64,000 bases of DNA from Vicinamibacteria bacterium (GCA_963828745.1 CAWHFZ010000006.1:65549-129548), one strand, 5' to 3'. Positions 44,809 to 55,601 are shown, counted from the first letter of the stretch. Program-made: numbers and translations. Notes: generated from the letters alone by a model not told the origin.

Positions 44809-45218
44809 ACTGAGTCTGATAACAAGTGTTATGTAAACCAAACTGTGGAATAGGGTCAGGAATGTCGCGTCTTTTACGCTGTCGGAACCGGCGCCGCTAC
44901 TGCCTGACAGCTATGCGAAATTCGAAGTCTGCAGGCTTCAATGAAAGTGCAGGGTTGAAGCGGACGCGTAGGCTCAACACGTCGCGGAACTCATACGGCC
45001 GACGACTGAGGTCACAGCCGCGACCTCGCTCGTCATGGCCTCGGTTTCTTTGCGGACCGTAGGATTCTGATTCGGTAGCCCTGAGGACTTGTGCCTGGCT
45101 CCCGACGTGAGGGTCAAGCTGCCGCGACTTGCCAGCAGCGCCTGAGTCGCCGTGGGAGCCTCGATTCGCGGACCCGGCGACTGCAGCACCGCAGCATCCG
45201 GAGCCCGATTACCTGTGC

Positions 45219-46040
45219 TTACGCTTCGCGCAGCTCCTCGAAGAATCGATTCGAGCGCCGCGATGACGTCCTCGCGCTCGGCTTTGCCTCGTGCGAAGCT
45301 CAGTTTGAGATTGAACGCCTTGTTCTGTGGCCGGTAGTTGAAGATGAACGCCTTCGGCCGTCCAGGCTTGGATTTGGCGATCGCTTTTCGCAGCGCTTCG
45401 CGAGTGGCGCCGCCCTTGACTGGCAATCCGCTCGATCAGCGCCGCCATTTTCTGCGGGTCTCCCTGTCTAACTATCTGTAAAAGCAATGACTTGGAGGTA
45501 ATGTCTGCCAGCCGACAAAGGTTCTTGATCTCGATCGGGCATGCCTTGGAGCGCCAGTGACTCCGTAATCGCGACGCGCGACTTCCCCAGCTTCTTGGCC
45601 AGCATCTCGTGGGTGTAGGCGCATCGATGCGCCAGGGCCGCCATCGCCTCGGCCTCTTCGAACGGTGTCAGGTCCTTCCGCTGGAGGTTCTCGACAAGCG
45701 CGACCTCGAGCACCTCGTTGTCGTCGCCCTCGCGGATGACGCCAGGCAGCTCCTTGAGGCCGACCTGGACGGCGGCCTGATACCGGCGCTCGCCAGCCAC
45801 GATCTGATAACGCTCGCCGCGCTGGCGCAGCACCAGTGGCTCGATGATGCCCTTCTCGGCGATCGACGCCATCAGCTCCGACAGGTCGCCCATGACCTGG
45901 CGGGGCTGGTTCGGATTGGGATCGATCAGGTCAATCGGCACCATGCGTCCCACGGGCACGCCGCCAGGGCCGGTGATGGCTTCGACGTAATGAGCGTCAT
46001 GGCGCATGCGAATGGTCTCGGGCAGCCCTCGCTTAGGCAC
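45219..46040 (-). pseudogene. parB: Chromosome partitioning protein ParB, with three apparent +1 frameshifts
   Basis: GIIEPLVLRQ..YQIVAGERRYQAA (ORF 45468-46040), LLLQIVRQGDPQKMAALIERIA (ORF 45209-45487), KGGATREALRKAIAKSKPGRPKAF.. (ORF 44974-45426), and the end ..ESILEELREA*. Breaks are at ~45533, 45417 and 45240. Confidence 0.85.
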
Positions 46041-46789
46041 GGTCGATCACCTCTTCGCAAAGCATGTAGTACTCGCTCGCGCCCGTAGAGTCGGGTGCGA
46101 ACGTGAAAATCGATTCCTTGTAGGCCGGACTCTCCTCGAGACGGACGCTCTTGGAGATGGTGGTGCGGAAGACCTTGGTGCCGAACACCTGCGTGATCTG
46201 CTCGCGGATGTCGCGCGCGAGCGAGGTTCGGCGGTCGTGCATCGTGATCACCACGCCGAGGATCTGCAGCCCGGGGTTGGCGCGGGCGCGGACCTTCTCG
46301 ATGGTCTCGAGCAGGTCGTCCGTGCCTTCGAGCGCGAAGTACGACGACTGAATCGGAATCAGCAGAGTGCGACGACGCGACCAGGGCGTTGACGGTCATC
46401 AGGCCGAGCGCCGGCGGGCAGTCGATCACGATGGCCTCGAACTTCGAGCGGACCGCGTCGATCCGATCCTTGAGCCGGAAGTGCGAGTCCAACTCCCCCA
46501 CCAGCCGCCCTTCGAGTTTTGCGAGCGCTATGCGGGCCGGCGCGACGTGCAGGTTCGCAATCGAGGCCGGGACGATCACGTCTTCGAGGCGCGCATCGGA
46601 CTCGGCGATGACGTCGTACATGCTGCGGTTCACCTGCCGCATGTCGAGGAACGACATCGTGCTGTTGGCTTGGGGATCGAGGTCGATGAGGAGTGTCGAG
46701 CGGCCTCGCATCGCCAGGGCGGCCGCGAGGTTGATGGCCGTGGTGGTCTTACCGACCCCACCTTTCTGGTTCGCGATAGAAACGATCAT
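46033..46789 (-). pseudogene. parA: Chromosome partitioning ATPase ParA/Soj, with one apparent +1 frameshift at ~46376
   Basis: MIVSIANQKGGVGKTTTAINLAAAL (ATG 46789). The C-terminal half, LLIPIQSSYFALEG..VITMHDRRTSLARDI.., lies in ORF 46033-46254. Confidence 0.9.
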
Positions 46790-46845
46790 GAGGGTCGGCA
46801 GGCATGATTGCACAGATTGGCGACAGATGACACGAAAGAACGCAA

Positions 46846-46869
46846 CCGGCGGGGGCGGAACCCCGCCGG
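46846..46869 (-). terminator. Intrinsic-terminator-like hairpin downstream of the BFN gene
   Basis: CCGGCGGGG-loop-CCCCGCCGG is a perfect 9-bp stem, followed on the minus strand by UUGCGUUCUUUCGU. Confidence 0.55.
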
Positions 46870-46873
46870 AGGG

Positions 46874-47359
46874 TCACATCTTGTATTTGCCCAGGTCGTC
46901 GGCGTCGAGACTTTCCAGCCATTTCTGCAACCGTTCGGTATCGGCGCGATCAGGCGTGGACTCGACAGTCTTGGCGTTGTCGATGACCGACTCCTCGACG
47001 AAGATGGGGGCGCGGGTGCGGAGGGCCAGCGCAATGGCATCGCTTGGTCGGGCGTCCACGGTCACCGGATCGCCGCGAACCAGCAGGTGAATCAGCGCGA
47101 AGAACGTGTTGTCTCGCAGGTCGCAGACGACGACTTTCTGGACCGTGCCGTCGAGCGTCTGGATCACGTCGCGGAGCAGGTCGTGCGTCATCGGCCGTTG
47201 AGGCGCTTCGTTCTCGATCTGCGATGCGATCGCCTGGGCCTCGTTCGGCCCGATCCAGATTGGCAGCATCCGCTGCCCGTTCTCATCTCGCAGGATCAGA
47301 ATGGGCATCGTCGTTACCGGGTCGAGCATCAGCCCCTTGATCGTCATTTCGATTTGCAT
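46874..47359 (-). CDS. Bifunctional nuclease family protein (BFN/DUF151)
   Basis: MQIEMTIKGLMLDPVTTMPILILRDENGQRMLPIWIG..EAQAI.. and RPMTHDLL. ATG 47359 lies inside ORF 46874-47542. Confidence 0.8.
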   Translation of the reverse strand: MQIEMTIKGLMLDPVTTMPILILRDENGQRMLPIWIGPNEAQAIASQIENEAPQRPMTHDLLRDVIQTLDGTVQKVVVCDLRDNTFFALIHLLVRGDPVTVDARPSDAIALALRTRAPIFVEESVIDNAKTVESTPDRADTERLQKWLESLDADDLGKYKM

Positions 47360-47409
47360 CACGCACCCGCCTGTTCCCATGTCGCAGCCGACCCGCCCGG
47401 CTTGATGAC

Positions 47410-48790
47410 TCACCCAACCCGGATGGAGTCGTTCGACTCGTTCGACCCGATGGACCCGCGCGACCCGATGGCCCCTATCTCGCCCCAGACGCTGTTGGGT
47501 CCGGCCCGACGAATGATGACCGGCACCGTGCGCCCGATCCAATCGCTGTCAGCGGGGACATTCACCACGGTGTTGCCCGTCGTCCGGCCTGAGAGTTCCC
47601 ACGGGCGTCGCCGGCTGTTGGCATCCAGCAGCACGTCGAAGGACTGCCCGACCATGGCGCCATGGAGCTCGAGCTGAATCCGCCGCTGCAGCTGCTGCAG
47701 TTCCACGATACGACGGGTCTTCTCCTCCTCCGCCACGTCGTCCGCATAGCGTTTGGCGGCCAGCGTGTTCGGGCGCTCAGAGTACTTGAAAGAGAACATG
47801 CTGTGGTACCGGACACGTGCCGTCAATGCGAGCGTCTCTTCGAAGTCTGCGCCGGTCTCGCCGGGAAAGCCAACGATCATGTCGGTCGTGATCGAAATGC
47901 CGGGTATCGTCTCGCGCACGCGGTCGATGAGCTCGACGTACGAGTCGCGCGAGTATCGGCGTCGCATGATGGTCAGGACCCTGGACGAGCCCGACTGGAC
48001 GGGCAGATGGAGGTGCTTGCAGATCTTCGGCAGGTCGGCCATCGCGCGGAGCAGCCGATCGGTGACGTGCCGCGGATGCGGACTGGCGAATCGGATGCGC
48101 TCGATCCCTGGAAGGTCGTGGACCGCTTCGAGGAGCCCGGCGAAGTCACACGCCGGGTCGTCAGGGGCCTGGTAGTGATTCACGATCTGCCCGAGGAGCT
48201 GCACCTCCTTGAGGCCGCGGCGTGATGCGTCTCGCACTTCTGCAAGGATCTCGGCTTTCGGCCGCATCCGCTCGTGGCCGCGTGTGTACGGGACCACGCA
48301 GAAGCTGCAGTACTCGTTGCAACCTTCGATGATGGTGACCCAGGCTCTAACCGGATCGCCACGGCGGGTCAGCCCGAAGGGAAAGGCGACGTTGTCGTGA
48401 GCGCCAAGGTCGAACTGCGTGCGGCGGCTGGCGGCGGCCTGTTCGACGAGCATCGGTAGCATTCGGGCACGGCGCGTGCCGACCACGACGTCCACCATTG
48501 CCGAACGAGACGCCAGCGACTCCCCTTCCTGCTGCGCGACGCATCCCGCGACCGCCACGATGGGGTCGCGTCCGGTCTCCTCGCTTCAGGACGCGGAGCT
48601 CGCCGAGCCGCGTGTACAGCTTCTCCTCGGCATGCTCGCGCACGCTGCATGTGTTGATGACCACCACGTCGGCATCAGCGTCTTCGTCCGTGCGCTCGTA
48701 GCCAGCCGCTTCGAGCAGGCCGGCCATCTGCTCGGAGTCGTGGTAGTTCATCTGACAGCCGTAGGTTTCGATCAGGTATTTCCGGCTCAC
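47410..48790 (-). pseudogene. miaB: tRNA-2-methylthio-N6-dimethylallyladenosine synthase MiaB, with one apparent +1 frameshift at ~48593
   Basis: [13 protein letters not shown] (ORF 48347-48790) joins ..[13 protein letters not shown] and radical-SAM CNEYCSFCVVPYTRG (ORF 47410-48558). Confidence 0.9.
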
Positions 48791-50481
48791 GCTCGCCCTT
48801 TCGCCCGTCGCCTTTCGCTTTCGCCTTTTGACTTTGCTTCGCCTTTCGCCCCCGTCCGTGCTCGGGAAGTCAGCATCTCGCCTGCGCTCGCCAGGACACC
48901 GGCGGAAGGTTCATGGCCGGCAATCATCCTAGCAATTTCATGCTGCCGATCCCGCCCATTCAGGCGTGTGACGGACGTCGTTGTCCGGCCGCCGTGAACG
49001 GCTTTGGCGATCATGAAGTGGACGTCCCCATGGGCGGCGATTTGCGGCAGGTGGGTAATGCAGAGCACCTGATATTCGGCTCCAAGACCTTGGAGCCGGC
49101 GCCCGACGACGTCCGCCGTGTGTCCACCGATCCCGGCGTCGACCTCGTCGAAAATGAGAGTGGCATCTCTGCCCTTCTGTGCCGTGACGGTCTTGATGGC
49201 GAGCATCAGTCGCGACAGTTCTCCGCCTGAAACAATCCGGGCCAGCGGACGCGGATCCTCTCCTGGATTCGGTGAGACAAAGAACTCTGCGATATCAAGC
49301 CCTTTGGCGCTCCATCGATTCTGATCCGCCGTCGGGTTCGAAGCGCACGTCGAAACGCAGTCGGTCCATCGCGAGACCTGCGGCGACGCGCACCAGTTCG
49401 GAAGCAAACCGTGGCGCCGCCGCGCGCCGTTTCTCGGACAACGCCCCTGGCGCGAGCGAGATAGTCAGCCTCTGCCCGCCGCAGTTCGCGATCGACGTCG
49501 GCCGCTCGCTCGTCCGCCGAGGCCAACGTCTCGAGCTCGCGCTCGCACTGGCCGCCATGCGCGATCACGTCCTCCAGCGTCGGACCGTGCTTCCGCTTCA
49601 GCCGATCGAGGAGTGCCAGTCGGTCTTCGACCTCCTGCAGACGCCCGGGGGCTGCATCGATCCCGTCGCGCGTAATCGCGGAGGAAATAGGCGAGCTCCT
49701 CGAGCTGCGACTGGATGGCGCCCTTGCCGTCGAGGAACGGAGTCGCGCGCACGTCGAGCGCGGCCAGGTCACCGACCTTCTTCCAGACGGCCGCCAGACC
49801 GCTCATCACGGCGCCGTCCTGCTCGTAGAGCGCCTGGTACGCCTCGCCACTCAGCTGCGCCAGCCGCTCCGCGTTCGCCAGCACGTGGCGTTCAGCCTCG
49901 AGCGCGACGTCCTCACCCGGCTTCAGCGCCGCCTTCGCAATCTCATCGCGCTGAAAGGTCAGCAGATCGACACGCGCCAGCTTCTGTTTCTCGTCGAGCC
50001 GCAGGGTGTCGCGCTCGGCGCGCAGCGCGCCCATTCCCTGATGGCTCGCGGCAACCTCGTCGCGTAATGTGACGAGGCCGGCGTACGCATCAAGCAAATC
50101 GAGGTGGCTCTCCGGAACGAGGAGTCCTTGATGCTCGTGCTGTCCGTGCATTTCGATCAGCCGTGAGGCCAGATCGCGGAGCGCGCCGGCGGTCGCCAGC
50201 GCACCATTGACGAAGGCTCGGCTCCGCCCGTTACTCGTAATCTCGCGGCGAACGATGATCTCTTCCCCATCCGCGTCGAAGATCGCCTGGATGGTCGCGA
50301 CGTCTTCGCCGGTCCGAACGAGATCGCTCGACGCGCGCGCGCCGAGCAGAAGGCCGACCGCTTCGACGAGGATCGATTTGCCGGCGCCGGTTTCGCCGGT
50401 CAGGATGTTGAGCCCAGCGTCGAAATCGATCTCGACGCTTTCGATGACCGCGAGATGCTGAATGCTCAGGAAGCGCAGCAT
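48787..50481 (-). pseudogene. recN: DNA repair protein RecN, with three apparent +1 frameshifts
   Basis: MLRFLSIQHLAVIE..GETGAGKSILVEAV (ATG 50481). The middle lies in ORFs 49206-49772 and 49295-49558. SGGELSRLMLAIK..LIFDEVDAGIGG lies in ORF 48787-49407. Breaks are at ~49668, 49443 and 49333. Confidence 0.9.
48798..48850. repeat. Degenerate tandem heptamer array (CTTTCGC on plus, GCGAAAG on minus), about 7 units
   Basis: CTTTCGC CCGTCGC CTTTCGC TTTCGCC TTTTGAC TTTGCTT CGCCTTT. It encodes the recN tail [19 protein letters not shown]. Confidence 0.7.
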
Positions 50482-50627
50482 GAACGGAGAGGAGGCGGGC
50501 GTTTGCGCGAGCCAAGGAAAACGCTGCAACTTCCATCGTAGCATACCCTTGAAAGCATTCAGGCTGAGTGTTAGCCTAGTGAACTACCGCGCTGTCCCAG
50601 CGGCGCATCACTTATGCGGCGGAGGCT

Positions 50628-51383
50628 TTGTTGCGCTTGCTCGGTTCGTACGTACTTGCACTGCAGGTGCAGGGCGCGGTTGAATCCGGTCCGGGCCGGA
50701 CACAGGATCTCGCATCGCTCGTTCCGAAGGATCCAGTCGCGAAGATCGTTCTGCTGATCCTGATCCTGTTCTCCATCGCCTCCTGGGGCATCATCCTCTA
50801 CAAGTTGTGGGCGCTCAACCGCGCTGAGCGACAGTCGACCGCCTTTCTCGATGTCTTCCGCCGCAGCAGCAAGTTCTCGGAAGTACAGGCGGTCTGCAAG
50901 AACCTGGCGGAGAGCCCGCTCGTCGGGATCTTCCAGGCCGGTTACGCCGAGCTGAACACGCAGTTGCGTCAGGCGCCGAACCCGCCCAGTCCAGGTGGCA
51001 CCGCGCCTCGTCCTACTCTTCGAAGCCTCCCGGCGCTCGATCGCGCGCTGCTGCGTGCGTCGGCCGTCGAAGTGAACAAGCTCGAAAGCCGCGTGCCGTT
51101 TCTCGCGACGACGGCCAGCATCACGCCGTATATCGGCCTGTTCGGCACGGTGTGGGGGATCATGGCGGCGTTTCAGGGAATCGGGCAGACCGGATCGACG
51201 AGCCTCGCGGTCGTCGCACCCGGCATCGCCGACGCACTCATCGCCACCGCTGCCGGCCTCTTCGCGGCCATTCCCGCCGTCTACTTCTACAACCACCTCG
51301 CGTCGCGCGTGAAGATCCTGACGACAGAGATGGACGACTTCTCGCTCGAGTTCCTGAACATCTCCGAGCGGAACTTCAGCTGA
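50628..51383 (+). CDS. tolQ: MotA/TolQ/ExbB proton-channel protein (TolQ by context). The start is uncertain.
   Basis: ILFSIASWGIILYK and ITPYIGLFGTVWGIM. Confidence 0.85.
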   Translation: MLRLLGSYVLALQVQGAVESGPGRTQDLASLVPKDPVAKIVLLILILFSIASWGIILYKLWALNRAERQSTAFLDVFRRSSKFSEVQAVCKNLAESPLVGIFQAGYAELNTQLRQAPNPPSPGGTAPRPTLRSLPALDRALLRASAVEVNKLESRVPFLATTASITPYIGLFGTVWGIMAAFQGIGQTGSTSLAVVAPGIADALIATAAGLFAAIPAVYFYNHLASRVKILTTEMDDFSLEFLNISERNFS

Positions 51384-51389
51384 CGCCGC

Positions 51390-51851
51390 ATGCCGAAGCT
51401 GCAAGCGATCGATTCAGGAGAAGGCGCCCGTCGCGGGCGATCGCGCCGCGTCTCGACCGTGCTGGCGGAGATCAACGTCGTGCCGCTCGTCGACGTGATG
51501 CTCGTGCTGCTCATCATCTTCATGGTGGCAACGCCGATGATGCAGCAGGGCTTCGACGTGCAGCTGCCCAAGTCGCGAAACAGCCCGCCGATCGCGAGCG
51601 AGCGCATCTTCGTCAACGTGCCGCTCACCTATCGCAGCACGCGCGTGGTCTATCTGGGCGACGATCCGATTCGCATCGAGATTCTCGAGGAGCGGGTACG
51701 CCAGGCCTTGTTGAATAGCTCGTCGAAGGAAGTGTTCCTGCGCGGCGACGGCGGTGTGCAGCTGCAGGAGCTGATGGACGTCATGGATCGCCTGAAGGCG
51801 GCCGGCGTCGAGAAGGTCGGGATCGTTTCGAAACGGCCAGGGGAACGGTAG
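51390..51851 (+). CDS. tolR: ExbD/TolR biopolymer transport protein
   Basis: EINVVPLVDVMLVLLIIFMV. Confidence 0.85.
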   Translation: MPKLQAIDSGEGARRGRSRRVSTVLAEINVVPLVDVMLVLLIIFMVATPMMQQGFDVQLPKSRNSPPIASERIFVNVPLTYRSTRVVYLGDDPIRIEILEERVRQALLNSSSKEVFLRGDGGVQLQELMDVMDRLKAAGVEKVGIVSKRPGER

Positions 51852-51859
51852 GGAATAAA

Positions 51860-51894
51860 GGACGAGGGACGAGGGACGAAGGACGAGGGACGAG
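51860..51894. repeat. Tandem heptamer array GGACGAR x5
   Basis: GGACGAG GGACGAG GGACGAA GGACGAG GGACGAG fills the gap between the tolR stop and the tolA-like ATG. Confidence 0.9.
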
Positions 51895-51896
51895 CG

Positions 51897-52658
51897 ATGG
51901 ACGCGGTTTCACCGATTCTGATCGAACGTGCGCAGGAGCCCCAGGGGCTCCGCAACATGGTCGTCGTGTCGCTGGTCGTCCACGCCGTCGTCGCCACGTT
52001 GATCGTCGTGTCGCCTCGCCCGTCGCTTCAGGCCCCGCCGTCCACCGTCATGACGATCAGCCTCAGCGCCGGTCAGGTGAACAGCGGGGGGTTGACGCCG
52101 ATGTCAGGCCGGGCGGCCGAGGCGGCGCGTCCCGACGAGAAGCCAACGCCGGTTGCGGCGCCCGCGCCGAAACCCGCAGAGATGGTGATGCCGACGTCGA
52201 AGGCCAAGGCACCGCCGAAAGTGACGCAGAAGAAGGCGCCGGACGATGCGAAGGGGAAGCTCGTGCCGAAGGCGGCCGAAGCGAGCCGCGGCGATGCGCG
52301 AGTGGACACCGGACTGAAGACGACAGGCTTCGGTCTGTCGACCGGCGGCGGCGGCGGAACGAGCGGCTATCTCGACGTGCAGAATTTCTGCTGCCCCGAC
52401 TACCTGGCGACGATGATTCAGTTGATTCAGCGGAACTGGAACGGGCGGCAGAGCACGCCCGGTGCGACGCTGATGAAATTCACCATTCAGCGGGACGGCC
52501 GCCTGACCGACGTCGAGCTCGAGCGATCGAGCGGCTACTTCGCCCTGGATCAGACCGCGCAGCGGTCGCTGCTGGTGACCCGGCAGTTACCGCCACTTCC
52601 CGGTGCGTTTCCGGAGCCGTCCTTGACGGTGCATCTCACCTTCCAATACGAGCGCTAA
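51897..52658 (+). CDS. TonB/TolA-family energy transducer (TolA by context)
   Basis: N-terminal TM, a Pro/Ala/Lys-rich linker, and a C-terminal TonB-type domain ..FTIQRDGRLTDVELERSSG. Confidence 0.65.
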   Translation: MDAVSPILIERAQEPQGLRNMVVVSLVVHAVVATLIVVSPRPSLQAPPSTVMTISLSAGQVNSGGLTPMSGRAAEAARPDEKPTPVAAPAPKPAEMVMPTSKAKAPPKVTQKKAPDDAKGKLVPKAAEASRGDARVDTGLKTTGFGLSTGGGGGTSGYLDVQNFCCPDYLATMIQLIQRNWNGRQSTPGATLMKFTIQRDGRLTDVELERSSGYFALDQTAQRSLLVTRQLPPLPGAFPEPSLTVHLTFQYER

Positions 52659-54044
52659 TGCGACGCATTCCTCTGACCGTGATCTGTTTCGTCGTGCTCC
52701 TCGCGACCGCAGTGGCCGCGCTCCAGAATCCGCCGGCCGCGCCTCCGCAGGGGCAACAGCCGCCGGCCCCGCAACAGCAGCGCGAGATCGGCCTCACGAT
52801 CAACCCCCTCGATCCGGGCTCGCCGCCGAAGTATGCGGTGCCGGATTTCATCGCGCTTTCGAAGGACGCCGAGACTCAAGCCGCGGCCAGGACCCTCGGG
52901 CAGGTCCTCTGGGACGATCTCGACTTCGAGCGTGAGTTCTACATGATTCCGCGCGACACTTATGGATCGATTCCGGTGGCGCGGTCGGTGGACGATGTGC
53001 CGTTCGACCGCTGGCTCGAGCTCGGTGCCGACGGCCTCGCGATCGGATCGGTGCAGAAGGACGGCAACGCCCTGAAGATCCAGGTGCGGCTCTTCAACGT
53101 GCGATCGCGGCAGGCAGTGTTCGCGCGCGAGTACTCGGGCGCCGCCGCCAATCCTCGCGTCTTCGCGCACACCGCTGCCGACGAGATCCACAAGCAGCAG
53201 CGCGCGCTGAACGGCGTCGCGCGTACCAGGCTCACGTTCTCTTCCGATCGCGATCGCGAAAAGGTGACGGGCACGGTCGAGAACCGCGACGTCAAGGAGA
53301 TCTACATCGCCGACTACGACGGCGCGAATCAGCGGCGCATCACCGTCAATCGGGCGCTGAACATCACGCCGACCTGGTCGCCCGACGGCAAGTCGATTGC
53401 CTACACGTCGTACGCGCGGGGATTCCCGACGCTGTTCATCTCGATGATTTACGAGGGGAAGCGCCTCGAGCCGACGTCGGGAGGTACGCAGAACTGGCTG
53501 CCGGCGTGGTCGCCCGACGGGTCGAAGATTGCGTTCACGTCGAGCCGCGAGGGCAACGCCGAGCTCTATGTCGATGAATCGTGACGGCAGCGGCGTGCGG
53601 CGCCTGACCAACAATCCCGCGATCGACACGACGCCGACCTGGTCGCCGACCGGCGCTCAGATCGCGTTCACCTCCGATCGATCGGGATCGCCGGCGATTT
53701 ACGTGATGGGCGCCGACGGTCTGAACCTGCGGCGGATCTCGACCGACGGCTACTGCGATCGCGCGACCTGGTCGCCGGCGCCATTCAACGAGGTCGCGTT
53801 CGTGTGCCGTACCGGGCCGGGTACGATATCAAGATCTACGACTTCGCCGAGGGAGCGGTCGCGGCAGATCACGTTCGGCGAGGGCAGCAACGAGAGTCCG
53901 GCCTATGCGCCGAACGGCCGGCACATCGCCTTCACGTCGACGCGCGCCGGCAAGGTGCAAATATTCACGGTCGGCCGCGACGGTAAGGGCCTGAGGCAGA
54001 TCACGAAGATCGGCAACAACTTCACTCCCGACTGGTCGCATTGA
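52658..54044 (+). pseudogene. tolB: Tol-Pal system beta-propeller protein TolB, with three apparent frame breaks (~53573 +1, ~53820 -1, ~53870 +1)
   Basis: PD40 repeats ITPTWSPDGKSIAYTS, LPAWSPDGSKIAFTS, TTPTWSPTGAQIAFTS and GYDIKIYDF (ORF 53804). The end lies in ORF 53529-54044. Confidence 0.9.
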
Positions 54045-54081
54045 ACGGTCAGCGGGTCTTCCCATTGAGGAGCCACCAACG

Positions 54082-54662
54082 ATGACATCTCGTTCCGCGG
54101 TTCACCGCGCCGCGCTCGCCGTGCTCGTGGTGCTGGCCGTGACGGCCGGTGCCTGTCACAAGAAGCAGCCGCCTGTCGCGCGGCCGCTGCCGCCGCCGCC
54201 GCCGTCGGATAGCGGCGCGTCCACCGGCCCCGCCCGAGCCGTCGCCTGAACCGGCCCCTGTTCCGGCCGAGCCAGTGACGGACGATGCGATCGGATCGAA
54301 GTCGCTCGACGATCTGAACCGCAACTCCCCGCTGAAGGCTGTGTTCTTCGCGCTCGATTCAAACGAGGTCGACACCGGCGGGCCAGCAGGTGTTGCAGGG
54401 CAACGCCGAGGTTCTGAAGAAATACCCGTCGTGGCAGGTGACGATCGAGGGCCACTGCGACGAACGCGGCACCGCGGAATACAACCTGGCACTCGGAGAA
54501 CGGCGCGCTGTGTCGGCCCGCACCTACCTGGTCTCGCTCGGCATCCCCGCCGACCGCATCAAGACGGTCAGCTACGGCAAGGAATTCCCGTTCGATCCGG
54601 GCCACGACGAATCGGCGTGGTCGAAGAACCGCCGCGCCCACTTCGTCGTGACGGCGAAGTAG
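54082..54662 (+). pseudogene. pal: Peptidoglycan-associated lipoprotein Pal (OmpA-like), with two apparent +1 frameshifts (~54220 and ~54380)
   Basis: Lipobox LAVTAGAC (ATG 54082), a Pro-rich linker in ORF 54149, and the OmpA domain [20 protein letters not shown] in ORF 54390-54662. Confidence 0.85.
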
Positions 54663-54682
54663 CGCTCGTTGGAGCACGAACC

Positions 54683-55545
54683 ATGCGACGACTTACAACC
54701 CTGCTCGTCGCCGTGGCGCTCGTCGCGGCGGTGACGCCGCTCGGCGCCGCCAATCGCGAGCACGAACAGATGATGGCGGACATCCGCATGCTGCAGGAGC
54801 AGAATCAGCGCCTGCAGCTGGCGCTTACGGCGCTGAACGAGACGCTCAAGGCGTTGAACGCGAAGATCGACGACCAGGGCGCTGCCACGCGCAAGGGCGT
54901 TCGCGGATCAGAAACTGCTGATTGACGGCGCCAGCGGTGATCTACGCGTGCTGCGTGAGAAGCTGGACGAGACGAACGTCCGCCTGACGTCGCTCTCGCA
55001 GGACGTGGACGGCCTGCGCGATCTCGTGCATCAGTCGACGCAGGCACCTCCCGCGGCGATGCCTGGGGCGACGGATGGCACTACGGGCGCGCCAACTACC
55101 TCCGGGTACCGCGCCTCCGCCGACCACTGCCCCACCCGCCGGCGCCGCGGCCATCGGCACGACCCCGCGGCGTCTCTACGAGACGGCGTACGCCGACTAC
55201 ACCGCCGGCCAGTGGTCGCTCGCCGTCCAGGGATTCGAGACGTATCTGAAGACGTTCCCGAAATCCGATCTCGCGGACGATGCGCAGTACTACATCGGCG
55301 AGGCGCTCGCCGGAGACAACAAGTTCAAGGAAGCCGTCGCCGCCTACGAGCGCGTCATCAGCGACTATCCGCAGAGCGACATTCTTCCTGAGGCATACTA
55401 CAAGGTCGGCAGCACGTACGAGCGGCTCGCGCAGCCGGACAAGGCTCGCGCCGCCTACGAATACGCCGTCAAGCACTTTGGCGAGACCCAGGCGGGCACG
55501 CTGTCGAAACAGCGGCTCGATGGCCTCAACCGGCGAGCCCGCTAG
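54683..55545 (+). pseudogene. ybgF: Tol-Pal system protein YbgF/CpoB (coiled coil + TPR), with two apparent +1 frameshifts (~54896 and ~55107)
   Basis: The signal peptide and coiled coil lie in ORF 54149-54925, the middle in ORF 54948, and the TPR C-terminus LYETAYADYTAGQWSLAVQGFETYLKTFP.. in ORF 55075-55545. Confidence 0.75.
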
Positions 55546-55601
55546 CAGGCGCCGATCTCGCGCGCGGTGGACGCGGCGACAACGAAAGGACAGGGACGCG
55601 C

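Noticed and set aside
44819-44832. Palindrome ATAACAAGTGTTAT next to parB as a parS site
   Set aside because: It does not match the TGTTNCACGTGAAACA-type consensus. I also found no canonical parS by eye elsewhere in the window.
44826-45062. 78-aa ORF in the gap (also 44422-44841 and 44538-44825 on the minus strand)
   Set aside because: They are Arg/Ser-rich with low-complexity composition, no start context and no motif. Part of them overlaps the GH57 3' end.
44660-45218. tmRNA, RNase P RNA, SRP RNA or a tRNA in the non-coding gap
   Set aside because: I looked for a GGTTCGA-type T-loop, a CCA end, the GAGGAAAGTCCGGGC P4 motif, GGTAAGAGC and the SRP GGAA/AGCAGC motif. There were only vague resemblances (for example GAGTCGGAAAGCCGG), which is not enough to call any of them.
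50545-50627. A LexA/SOS box upstream of recN
   Set aside because: I found only a partial GAAC-containing sequence (TGTTAGCCTAGTGAACTA) with no convincing dyad symmetry. The LexA motif for this lineage is unknown to me.
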